Below are positions 24,335-35,400 of a stretch of 64,000 nt of DNA, piece by piece. The notes beneath the pieces were generated by a model. That model was not told the origin of the DNA, ran no database searches, and saw only the letters and a program-made list of their open reading frames with translations. Source of the DNA: Azolla caroliniana (taxonomy: Eukaryota; Plantae; Polypodiophyta); the NCBI GenBank assembly GCA_043228905.1, contig JBHGNT010000012.1, positions 4,960,001-5,024,000 of the forward strand. Direction: 5' to 3'. Positions within the stretch are counted from its first letter, which is position 1. Each line of letters starts with the position of its first letter. The position numbers and the translations under genes are program-made.

Positions 24335-27300
24335 AGAGGACTGCCAAGGCGTGGGGCCGCGACAGTCCGGATGCTCCGGGAAAACCCCACATCTGTACGA
24401 TAAAACCGTGTACAATAGGTAGGAAATTTTGCTTCTCCGACAGCGGAGCATGTACGATGGTCGGCGTCGCCGGCCGAGAGAAAACAAAGACGGAGGGGAG
24501 ACTTCGAGCGTGCGGAGTTCTCGGCCCTGACGAAGAAATCAACGGAGCCGTGGAGGCAGTCTCCTTCGACGACACCTTGGGAATGCTGGGGAAGGTAGTC
24601 GAAGGAGACCTTAACGAAGACCGGACGATACCGGTATGTTCCGAAGAAATGTACGAAGTCATCGCGGACTTCGGTCGAGGGCTCGAGTCGGAACGGACGG
24701 CCCGAGTTAGCACCAAGTACAAGACTGTGGACCGGAAGGTGAGGCCAGTTGCGGCGCCCTTACCGGAGGGCAGCGAATCCCGAATCAAAGGGGTTGCATC
24801 GGACCCCAGCTTACGAGATCCGGCCTGCATAGGACACACCTTCACCAACGAGACGCTCCGCGAGCTGAAGATCGGTGGGGGCGGGTTCCTACTGCCGGCG
24901 GAGGAAGACCGGTTTCGGAGAATGCTCGGAAGGCACGGGAAAGCCTTCGCATTCTCACCGGAGGAAATCGGGTGCGTAAACCCGACGATCGTAGAGCCGA
25001 TGGTGATATTCACAGTACCGCATGTACCGTGGAATCTCAAGCCAATTCCGGTTCCGAGAGCTCACATCCCGAAGTTGATGGAGCTGTTGAAGCAGAAAGT
25101 TGATATGGGCATTCTCGAGCCGTCGAGCGCCCCGTATTCAAACCGATGCTTTACCGTACCAAAGAAAAACGGATCGTTGCGCTTCATTCAGGACCTGCAG
25201 CCGGTCAATAGAGTGACCATTCGAAACGCAGGGATCGGACCGACCATAGACGAGTTCGCGGAGGCCTTCGCCGGAAGGTCGATTTACTCGGTCGGTGATC
25301 TATACTCAGGGTACGACCAGTTCCAGCTAGCCGTGGAGAGCAGAGACATTACGACGATGCAAACTCCCCTCGGCCTAGTGCGGATGTGTACGCTGCCGCA
25401 AGGAGGGACCAACTCGGTGGCCCACATGGTGAATGCAATGAACAAGGTGCTGAGGGACTGCATCCCGGACATCACCATGCCGTTTCTAGACGACATCCCG
25501 ATCAAGGGATGCCCGGTAGAAGAGAAGGACGAGACGATCGGGCCGGACGGATGTCGGCGATTCGTGGTGACGCACATCGACGACTGCGAGAAGGTGCTGC
25601 AAAGGCTAGAGGATGCGAGGCTCACCTTCTCGGGGGAGAAGTCAGCCTTCGGGCAGTCGGAAATCATGGTGGTCGGACATTTATGTGGACCATATGGCCG
25701 GAAACCGTCTCCGGCAAAGGTAGAAGCCATCTCCGCGATGAAGCTTGATTGCAGCTCGGTCACGGAAGTACGAAGATTCTTGGGAGCATGCGCCTTCTAC
25801 CACATATGGATCCCGCATTACGCGCACGTCGCGGAGCCGTTGTACGGATTATTGAAGAAAGGGCGAAGATTCGAATGGCTAGACAAGCACACGGAGTCGG
25901 TCCGGAAGCTGAAGGAGGCTCTTTCGGCAGCACCGGCGCTCCGAAAGGCCGTCTACAGGAAGGGCACCCCAGTGTACATAACGGTTGACACGAGTCCGAC
26001 CGGAATCGGGTGGGTCGTCAACCAAGAAGACGAGGACGGCAATCGGTTTCCGATCCGATTCGGCGCGAAGGTCCTCAGTGAGCGGCAGCGAGGATACGCC
26101 CAGGTTAAACGCGAACTCTGGGGTATCGTTTCGGCGGTGAAGGCCGACAAGGACTATCTGATCGGGACAGAGGTAATCATAGAGACGGATTGCATGCCGA
26201 TTCTCGGCATGGTTTCCGGATGCGCGACGCCGGACCTGGCAATGCTCAGGTGGATAGCGTACATCAAGTCCCTGGACCCGGAAATACGACACATTTCCGG
26301 GAAAGACAACGCCATGGCCGACATGCTTTCAAGGGCGAGATTCGATGACGAGGGCGGCATGGTTTCGGAGGACGAAGAGGTCGGCGTGGACTTCTTCGAG
26401 GCAGCATACGTAACAACCGGCGGGACGAGCACTCCGGCGCTTAACGACTTCGACGCGAGCAAGTACGACGGGGAGTGGCTGCAGATCGGCGGGTTCTTGA
26501 GGACAATGGCGCCGGATGCGTCATGGACGAAAGACGAGGCCAACCGGATCCGGAAGAAAGCGTACCGGTTCTTTCTCCGGGATGGCTATCTATGGAAGCA
26601 CCCGAAGAAGAGGGACGGCGCTCCGCTCCGGGTGGTGGCGATGAAGGAAGAACAGGAGGAGCTGCTGACGGCCTACCACGACAGCCCTTGGGCCGGACAC
26701 CGTGGAACTTGGGCCACGTTCGAGAAGATAAAGGAGAAGTACTGGTGGCCGGGACTGTACCGGGACGTGCATCGATTAGTGACAACTTGCGAGAGCTGTC
26801 AGATGCACTCCGTGGTCCGACACCGGGACGAGCTTCACCCTACGTACCCTCCGACCATCCACTTCAAATGGATGGTAGATCTGGTGACGATGCCAATGGG
26901 GGTAGGACAGATGCGGTACCTGGTCCTAGCGCGGGAGGATCTGACGAACCAGGTGGAAGGCCGGGCCCTTCCGAACAAAACGATCGTGGCCGTATGTCGG
27001 TTCCTAATCGAGGACGTGATATGCCGGTACGGGTGCGTCGGGAAGATCGTGGCTGACCGAGGGGAGTTGGACGCCGAAGAAGCCGCGGAGCTGTTCGACC
27101 GGCTGGGAGTCAAGCTCTCGCTCACCACTGCGTACAATCCGGAGGCGAATGGAAAGGTGGAGCGCGGACGCGGACCGATCGTCAAGGCGCTGGTTCGAGC
27201 ATGCGGAGGCCAAGTCGGTAACTGGCCGCGGCTGCTACCTTATGCTTTGTGGGCAGACCGGACCACGCACAGTTCGGTAACCGGGTACATGCCGACGGAG

Positions 27301-27832
27301 CTCATGTTCGGCCAGAAGCCGATCATGCCGATGGAACGGACGATCTCCTCGTGGGCAACGGTCGACTGGAGGGACGAGATGAGCCGGGAGGAGTTGTTGG
27401 CCGCGCGTATACGACAGCTCGAGCGGAGACTGGAGGACGTGGAACTGGCTGCGGAGAAGCTCCAGGTGGCAAGGACAAAGAACAAAGCCAGGTTCGACCG
27501 AACGCACCGGCTCTGACCGAACGCACCGGCTCCGACCGAAGAAAATCGAAGAAGGTGACTGGGTGCTCGTCTACGACAGCAGCCTCGACAACCAGCATCG
27601 AGCTACACGGAAGTTCGCACGAAGGTGGTTCAGGCCTTACGTGGTACGGAGCGCCAATGACAACGGGACATATCACCTGGCGGAACTAGACGGAACGCGA
27701 ATGGCGATACCGGTTGCAGGGAAGCGGATCAAAGCGTTCAAGAAGCGACACGACGACGAGCCAGACCCGGCTCTCCTAGTCAGCAGTGACGAACGATCCG
27801 AAAACGAGGAAGAACCGACGGGCGAGGAATGA
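24325..27832 (+). CDS. Gypsy ORF2: RT, RNase H and integrase, in the -1 frame relative to ORF1
   Basis: The -1 frame is open from the slippery site to 27516. Motifs are DLYSGYDQ, LPQGGTNS, FLDDIPIKG (RT), VDTSPTGIG (RH), H...H...CESC and DRGE...NGKVER (IN). A 19-bp duplication at 27496-27533 shifts the IN C-terminus (RWFRPY) into ORF 27563-27832. Confidence 0.92.
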
Positions 27833-29829
27833 AGACGGGCCGGTTTTCCCCGTCCCAACTCTCTTGGCGCATACCAGAGGATGCGCGGTTAGGTGGGGGC
27901 GGATGTCGTGAAGAAAACCGTCCATAGGCGGAATCGGCGCACCAAGGCGTGGGAACCGGTTCTTCACGCGCGCACGCTCCAAGTTGTACATAGAAGCGAA
28001 TTAGGAGGATAATCGGCAAGAACGGGCCCTAACAAAAGTGGAGACAAAGACCGCGCGAACAGTCTTTTCGGTCGCGCGCGCGAGCTAAGGAACTGTACGA
28101 GTCGGCGGCGTAACTACGCGGATGCATGAAGAACGGAGCGGATCCCTGTCAAAAAGGGACAGGGAATAAAGCTGACAGGACGACCTGCTCGTCGGCCTAT
28201 ATAAGGAGCAGGAAAGAGCTGTTGCAGGCATCTCGCGCAGAGAGGACGAAGTGCAGTCGGACCGTTTCTGGACGCTCCTCTCTCTGTTTCCTTCCTTCTT
28301 GAGCTCCATAGCTTTTCTGTGCAGGGTTCTGAGGAGGCTCGCGCTGTTTCGAGGAACGCCCGAGTGCTTCCGGCAGCACCTCCGACCTGCTACCCCTTTG
28401 TGCGTCGAAGCGAACAAGCATCGGCATCTGTTCGCCGGCCTGTTCGGTTGTAGCCAACCTGTGCCCCATCGAGGGTTGTAGTCGTGTTAGCCATTTTGTT
28501 AATATACATATTTAGTCATTCGCATCTGTCTGTGTCGGTGTCTGTCCGCGTTCTCCGTGCTGAAGGGCCGTGTCCCTGTGTATCCCCGGTCCTGCGTAAC
28601 CGGTTCTCTCTCTTTCTCCTCCCTCGCTTGCTCTTTGGTTCGAGACCCCCGCGGTCCCGCCTCGTTTCCACACGCACTTGCGTAATATCTCGACAGCGTT
28701 CTCTCCCCAATTCCCATTTTTGTGTTTGATTCTTATTGAAGATTCAAGACTCGGTTGTGGCCGAGCAATATTCCACATTATTTCCTACATTTGCAATATT
28801 GATTGGGAAAAGTTGGAAGACAAATACAAAGATATAAATAAAGTTTGCAAGATACTCTGGAATATTGATTGGAGAGTAAAATTAACAAGTGTCTAGAGAG
28901 AGAGAGAGATCCAACTATATCTATTTGGCTTTACCTAAAGTCAAGTGAGACGATAGCTGGATCATACTAACATTTGTGTCGTCGATTGATATTTTTAGCA
29001 CTTATGCAAAAGCCGGATGTTGAACAATTTAAACGCATGCCCATTGACAATTGATCAATCAAATATGTTAAATCTTTAGCACCTATAGTAAAATGTTTGT
29101 GATGGTCCTTTGAAAGGTTTCCCTTGGTTCACTAATTGTTTAGATCCTAACCATATATGTATTGTAAATATGTATCTAAGAATTGTTGCTTCATATTAAA
29201 TGAGCTTGTGAATGTGTGAATATGTGAATTTATTGGTTCAATGAGCCACACACAATGAAACATACACATTTATAACCATGTGTACTCATCCATGCTAACA
29301 TATATAGGACTAACAACATGACAATGTATCATTGATCTGTGACTCGTACATGACCATAAGGTAACCCATACATCACCCATGCATGTGGCCCTCACATGAA
29401 TAACCATTGATATTAAAGAAAAGGGGTTTTCTCTCTTGAGATGAAGGCATGGAATGTTTATGTGGATATCATTGTGTGCCTTTGGTTGGTCATGGATGGG
29501 CAATCCTACATGGGTTCGAAAGATGTTTGGATGGGTCATGTATATTCATGAATTGATAAGACCAATGCATGCTTTCATGGAGTCATGTATATCCATGAAT
29601 GATTGTGGCTAGAACAATGCATAGATTTGGTGGCCATGCATGCATGTAGTACGAGCAATAATATCATATTCTTTAGGTTTAACACTATAAAGCTGAATAT
29701 TTTCAATACAAATTATTGGTCATAAACCAAATATATGCAAGAAACATGGCCATATCGTGATTTGTAAGGAACTACCCTTTGTTGGGTTGGGAATATCTAA
29801 TTGCTAATGGGCTTATACTGTTCAAGGAA

Positions 29830-29985
29830 CCATTTAGAGTTTCTAACTTGCATAAAAGGGCAAGAGCTCTAAAGTATAAAAAGGTCTTTGGGTGCCCCAA
29901 AATTGGGCCATTTAGAGTTTCTAACTTGCATAAAAGGGCGAGAGCTCTAAAGTATAAAAAGGTATTTGGGTTCCCCAAACTTGGG
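29830..29985. repeat. Tandem duplication, 2 x 78 bp
   Basis: ccatttagagtttctaacttgcataaaaggg...cccaaa(a/c)ttggg occurs twice. Confidence 0.85.
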
Positions 29986-31120
29986 TCACCTTTAAGTTCT
30001 CATTCTCTTACTTTTGTATCTACTAAGTGCCTCTTTTATCCCCTTGGCTTTTCCACAATAATTAATTAATATATATACATACGTTTCTTTTTAGCAATTA
30101 TCAATTTAATTGAGGCACATCTTATGGTGCAATTATTTGTTAATTAAGACAAACATATTATTTTATTAGTGTAGTGACTTTGTGTGTTAATTTTACTTTA
30201 ATGTAGTAAGCCTTGGATGTTTCCACAGTTCCATGGAATGAACAGTTAAGTGCTTTTATGTGTTGAAGTATGATATGGTCTTTGCCATTTGGGAGTTACA
30301 TCCCTAATCCATTGATTAACCCATTGTGAGGAAGGCAACCCCTCAAGGATTCTATTGTGACCTTTAGAAGTGCAACACTCCAAGGCATGACTCATGACTC
30401 ATGTCATAACAATTGCTTATAGATGGCTCTTGTAATGATCACATTGTTGGAATTTATGACCCATTACAACTCCTACACCAAAACCAACTTTTTTTAAAGA
30501 TCACATATTGGAAAAAAATCTCATTGAAAAAAAGATGCCACTTAAATGGCAATTGGAAACACCCACTTTGATTCCAAATCAACCCTTAAAGAGTTGAACT
30601 ACAAAAAAGAAGACAATCATTCACTATGGTTCTATGAGTTTAAGAACTTATCAATACATGAACCTCTCTAAACTCAAATAAACAATAATATATAAGAAAA
30701 TCATCGCGTGGGTCCTTATGTGCCTAGTGCACGGGCAACACGGCCTATGCATGTATGCCAATCATGTTCACGATCTAGTCATGATCAACACCACTAAACA
30801 AGCAAAGATTCTCACTATCAAACTCACATTGATAGCCCTACATGGAGGGAGGGGGAATTATTTCAAATCCCATGTTGTTCATTAACTAACCTCACCTTTG
30901 AGATCAATAAGCTTGAATGCGGAAGTAATCCTCGTGGGAGAGAAGGAGAAACACAATGGTAAAAGGAAAGCAAGCGGCAGAGTCCAATGGATTTCTGATT
31001 GAACCGAACAATGGTAGTATTCTTTCTTCTTTTTTCTAACTCCAAGGGCATTGATCGTTGATGCGAAGCGAGTAAGAGCACTAGATGCAGATGGTGGGAA
31101 ACATACCTATCTATCTATCG

Positions 31121-31155
<35 letters not shown>

Positions 31156-31564
31156 AGTTTGTATGTGAGTTTGTGTATCTATTTATATGCATGTACATAT
31201 ACATGAGACAATTTTTGGGATCGGACAAACTCCTTTATTATTTCATTTGGTTTGCTGTGGTATTGTCTTTCCAAAATATTTAGATGAGCTATAGCCTATT
31301 AATGAAAAGAAGTAACAATAATATACATATTAACTAATTAACTAATTAATATTAATGGTGGGTGTTAAGTAAGAAGGAAGAAGTCCATTCATTTTTGTGT
31401 GTTACATTCGAATGAGAAGGAAGTGGAAGACACCATCGCCTTTCTCGCTCGATCCATCGTCTGCTGCCACAATCCAACACAGAGAGGACACCTTCTCGCT
31501 CGATCCGTCTTCTACGATTTCAACAGAGAGAACTTAGAAGACACAAGCTCCTCATTTCATCACC

Positions 31565-32376
31565 ATGTCCAGGTGCACTTTTATTTTCAACTTTTCGAGA
31601 TTATCCCCTGTTATCTGCTCGTTTCTCTTATCTTTCTATACGGTAATGGAAAAGTAAAAGCTGAAGTGAAAAACTAATCCGGGATTCTAATTTAACTGTT
31701 CCGAGTACGATAGAGAGAGCATATTGTATGATATAGGTTCTAGCGTAAGATAAACGAAGTAATACAACCTAAAGTAGAGGGGAAAATATATTTTGTTGAG
31801 AGAGGTGGATAGGACTTATTATTGTTCTCAGACGTCAAATATGGATGACCTATGGAACCAAAGGTAAATTTTTTCACATCATGTCACTCTTCATGTGTGT
31901 CCCAATGCCCCAAATAGCATCAACGAGAATATAAGCTAAGATGTATGGAAGCAATGGTGTGAGGGTGGACAAAAGGGCGATGGGCTCTATGATGTATGAG
32001 ACTTTGGTTTGCCAATTCAAAGAAGATGGCTTTGTAGTTTGGTGCAACATATAAAGTATAACGTAAGAATGCATCTTGATATATCTCTGTAAATGTTCCA
32101 CTGTTGTTTCAGAAAGGCTTCATTCATTAAGGAATCTATTGATGCATCATGAAGCAAATCTGATGCATCCCACCTTTCAAGCGTTTTTTTCATATCTTCC
32201 ATCCCAAGTTCAGTATTTTGCTTTTGTGTGTCTTTTGAAATGGTTTACTTGCACCCCATGAGTATTGAGTGGTTTTTACAAATGCTAATGATTCTTGAGA
32301 TAGTTTTACAAGCATGACGTTCATAATGACTATGGATGAGATGATTTGGTGGTGAGGGGACATGTCCAGTGTTGGT

Positions 32377-32452
<76 letters not shown>

Positions 32453-35400
32453 ATCTTTTCGAGGCTGAAATTGGCTACTAAGACAAATCATGATTACAAA
32501 TATGGTTGTATTTATCCATATGAAAATAATTAAAAACCTACATTTCTTAACGATCCATGATAATGATCTTAATGCATGTGGTGGAATCACTTTGGGGATG
32601 GTTTGCAAGCATGAAGTGCCTATCAAATATGTATGGCTTGAATAGTGGTGAGGAGACATCTTTTCCAAGCCTGGTTGGTTCAGGAGAGTAAGCAAGGCTA
32701 TCTGTGTGTACCCATGGTCTGGTTGTATGCCCTATGTGCTGCATATCCCGGTACTTGTGATCTTTGATCTTTGCCCGCTCTATGGTAACTCCTCGACATG
32801 TTGTTGATGGAGTTGCGGTGCTATGGAAGAAGTCAGTGATGTGTGGTTGGTACTACATCAAGTATGCTAATGTAAGAGTTGAAATTGCCTATGTTATTGA
32901 AGCTTGAACAAGCTCTGGCCAAAATTTCGTGGGTCAACCTTCTCTATCATTTGTCAAATGGTGGTGAAGTTTGCGTAGAGGATGTCATACTTCTCACTTA
33001 CGTGCTTATAAGTTGAGAACTTGCACATAAAATGTTTCTCATTCCTAATCTCTCTTTCACATAATTTGCAAAATTTTTCCGCTCTAGGTGTGTGAAGTGC
33101 ATATATTGCTTCAATCTCTAGCTAGTGGGAGGAAACTTTAAGGTGGCGTACTACTTTGTAACACTATGGGGCAAGCATACATTCACGTACATGCGCCTCG
33201 GTTTCAATATAAATCATCATGTATAAGTTTCATGCACTGAGTTTTGTAGTAGGCCATCTTTGGGGAAAGAGGCTCATTTGATGTGATCCAAGTCTTTTGG
33301 TTATAGAGTTGCTATAAGTCTTGTTGCAATACCTTGTTCCATTCATCACTTTGGAGAGGTGCACAATATTAGAAGAGTGGCAAGTTCTTGACGTCAAGTC
33401 CATTGTTGTTGAACTACTTCATTACTTGAGAGTACTGTGATCCTTGATGTTTTCAAGCTCCTTCCAAGAAATCGTAGGGATGCCTAGCATTGGTGTTACG
33501 GAAGTGTCAAAGAGGTATTTCTCAAGAACCCAACATTTAATTTCTCCAACATTACATATTTTCTCCAATGTGTAGTAGGCCTTCTTTCCCATTTCTAAGT
33601 GGCAGGTAGCACATTCATTCCATCTATGATTGGGGGGAACTTAAAGCCCAAGATGTTTGAAGCTTTCCGCAGTTTCAAGTGGTTCATTATTTTTCACAAT
33701 GCAAGGTTTATTCTTATCTTGAGTTTTCACTAGCAAACGTTCCTTATGGAGCCGTTGATACTCAATTTACCATACATACAAAAGTTTCCCAATGCACCCA
33801 TAAGCTTTTGGACATCTTCTAAAGTATTTGCAAAAAGCACAATATTAGAGAGAGAGCTTGCAAGTCGCTATTTGTCATCTATTGTGACCATTTCAATGGC
33901 TGTGGTCAAGGCCTTAAGTGTGTGCCTTGATTGACTAGTAACATGAGTTATGGTTCTAAAGGACATTGGAAAATGATGCTTTGTTGATGAATTATTGTGG
34001 CTGTATTGTTGTCCAACAACTTCTCTCTTCTAGAAAGAATATGCTTAAATATCATTGGTTTTTGTATTCCGTTACCTTGCTAAATGAACCACTATGTTGT
34101 TTGAAGATGTAGCAATATCTACTCCCGATTTCATAAAAAACAGTGTGATGGTGAAACAGTGTTCCTCTGATTTCACATCTCAATGGCACCATACACATAA
34201 ACATTTTTCTGCGGTTTCATGTGTATATTTATTTGTCTCAATATGTAAGTGATGTGAAGAAGTCTTGTCATACTATGGAGCTCATAAGGGCTACATAGTG
34301 GGCCACATTCTTCCATTATCCAATTTAATGATAATCAATTCAGATTCCTCTATTCTTTCCCACTTGGTCATGTCCAATCATAGCCAATCCAAGTATATTT
34401 GTGCCATATGATTGGAATAACTATTATCAGCATATCCCGTCAGCTGTTTTAATGGCATAAGTGCCAATCTTTAGTACATTTGTGAGCATCAGTTGGATAC
34501 AAGAAAGAAAGAAAGAAAGATATATTAACGTCTTTTAAGAGGCCAAAATGGCCTATAAGACCAAATAAGAGATTACATCTTGAGTGTTGTCTCGTCTTTG
34601 AGAACAAATAAAAATAAAATAAATACTACACAATAAATATAAAAGTAAATAAGATGAAAAGAGAAGAAACGAGGGAATCTGGTTTTTGGCACATGTGAGA
34701 TTCTCAAGTTAGGTATATTAATGTCTTTTAAAAGGACAAAATGGCCTATAAGTCCAAACAAGAGATTACATCTTAAGTGTTGTCTCGTCATTGAGAACAA
34801 ATCAAAATAGAATAAGTATTACTCAGTAAATATAAAAGTAAATAAGATAAAAATATATGAGGGAATCTGGTTTTCGGCACATGTGAGATTCTCGAGTTAG
34901 ATATATTGTAACTGTATTTGAAAATTCTCTAGCATAAGTCGATCCAGAATGGAGAGGTCTTCGAAGCGAGGGAAGCACCTGCGATGGCGGGAGATAATGG
35001 CCTTTATTTGTCGATGACAAGGGTGCTGCGGACGTGGTCCATCGGGCCGGGGCCTACGTGCAGGACAAATTACTATTGCCCGATCTATTGTAACCCCTTT
35101 GTTATGTCTTGGTTGGGAGCCCATTTGTGTATCCCTCGATTGACTTGTAGCATTAGTAGGAGTGCTGGGGCTAAAGAAAGTTGTGATTGTCCTTTGTGGA
35201 TGAGAGCTTGTGTGGTTGTATTTTTGTCCTTCACAACAACTTTTCCCTATGTATCTTGAGTTCTAACAAGAAAAGTTCTAGGCACCGTTGGTCCTCATAT
35301 TCCATCACCTTGCGCAATGAGCCAAAGCCTTGTTTAAAGAGGCAATGGTATCTCCCTTGGATTTCATAAAAGACAATACAATGACAAACATAGTGTTCTT

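Larger units (their letters stand above)
21371..28695 (+). mobile_element. GC-rich Ty3/Gypsy LTR retrotransposon inserted in the 3' LTR of Copia A
   Basis: The 792-bp LTRs at 21371-22162 and 27904-28695 (TGTCG...CGACA) differ at about 9 positions. The TSD is 4 bp (GCGT), the PBS is at 22167-22184 and the PPT is aggtgggggcgga. Domain order is gag-PR-RT-RH-IN and no chromodomain is visible. Confidence 0.96.
12297..28789 (+). mobile_element. Ty1/Copia LTR retrotransposon A (Tnt1/Tork-like), decayed, RT deleted, hosting two nested elements
   Basis: The 5' LTR is 12297-13021 (TG...CA), followed by the tRNA-iMet PBS TGGTATCAGAG at 13025. Gag starts at 13051 and has many stops. The protease motif WVVDSRAS and integrase remnants (19715-20475) are joined directly to RNase H (SWQSRLQKSVALSTTEVEY). 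The PPT is gaagggggag and the 3' LTR is 20920-21370 plus 28696-28789. The TSD is tttgt/tttgc. Confidence 0.92.

Noticed and set aside
24457-27516. Bacterial contamination or a horizontally acquired gene, suggested by high GC
   Set aside because: The region is bounded by LTRs with a TSD inside a host Copia LTR, so it is an integrated retrotransposon.
21552-28780. Many long overlapping antisense and alternative-frame ORFs in the Gypsy element
   Set aside because: These are expected shadows of GC-rich coding DNA and have no recognisable domains.
29200-30420. Possible solo LTR
   Set aside because: The composition is LTR-like, but no defensible termini or TSD were found.
34520-34600. U2 snRNA-like or SINE head in the LINE tail (ggccattttggcct)
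   Set aside because: The similarity is limited to a short hairpin, and the segment is contiguous with the LINE 3' UTR.
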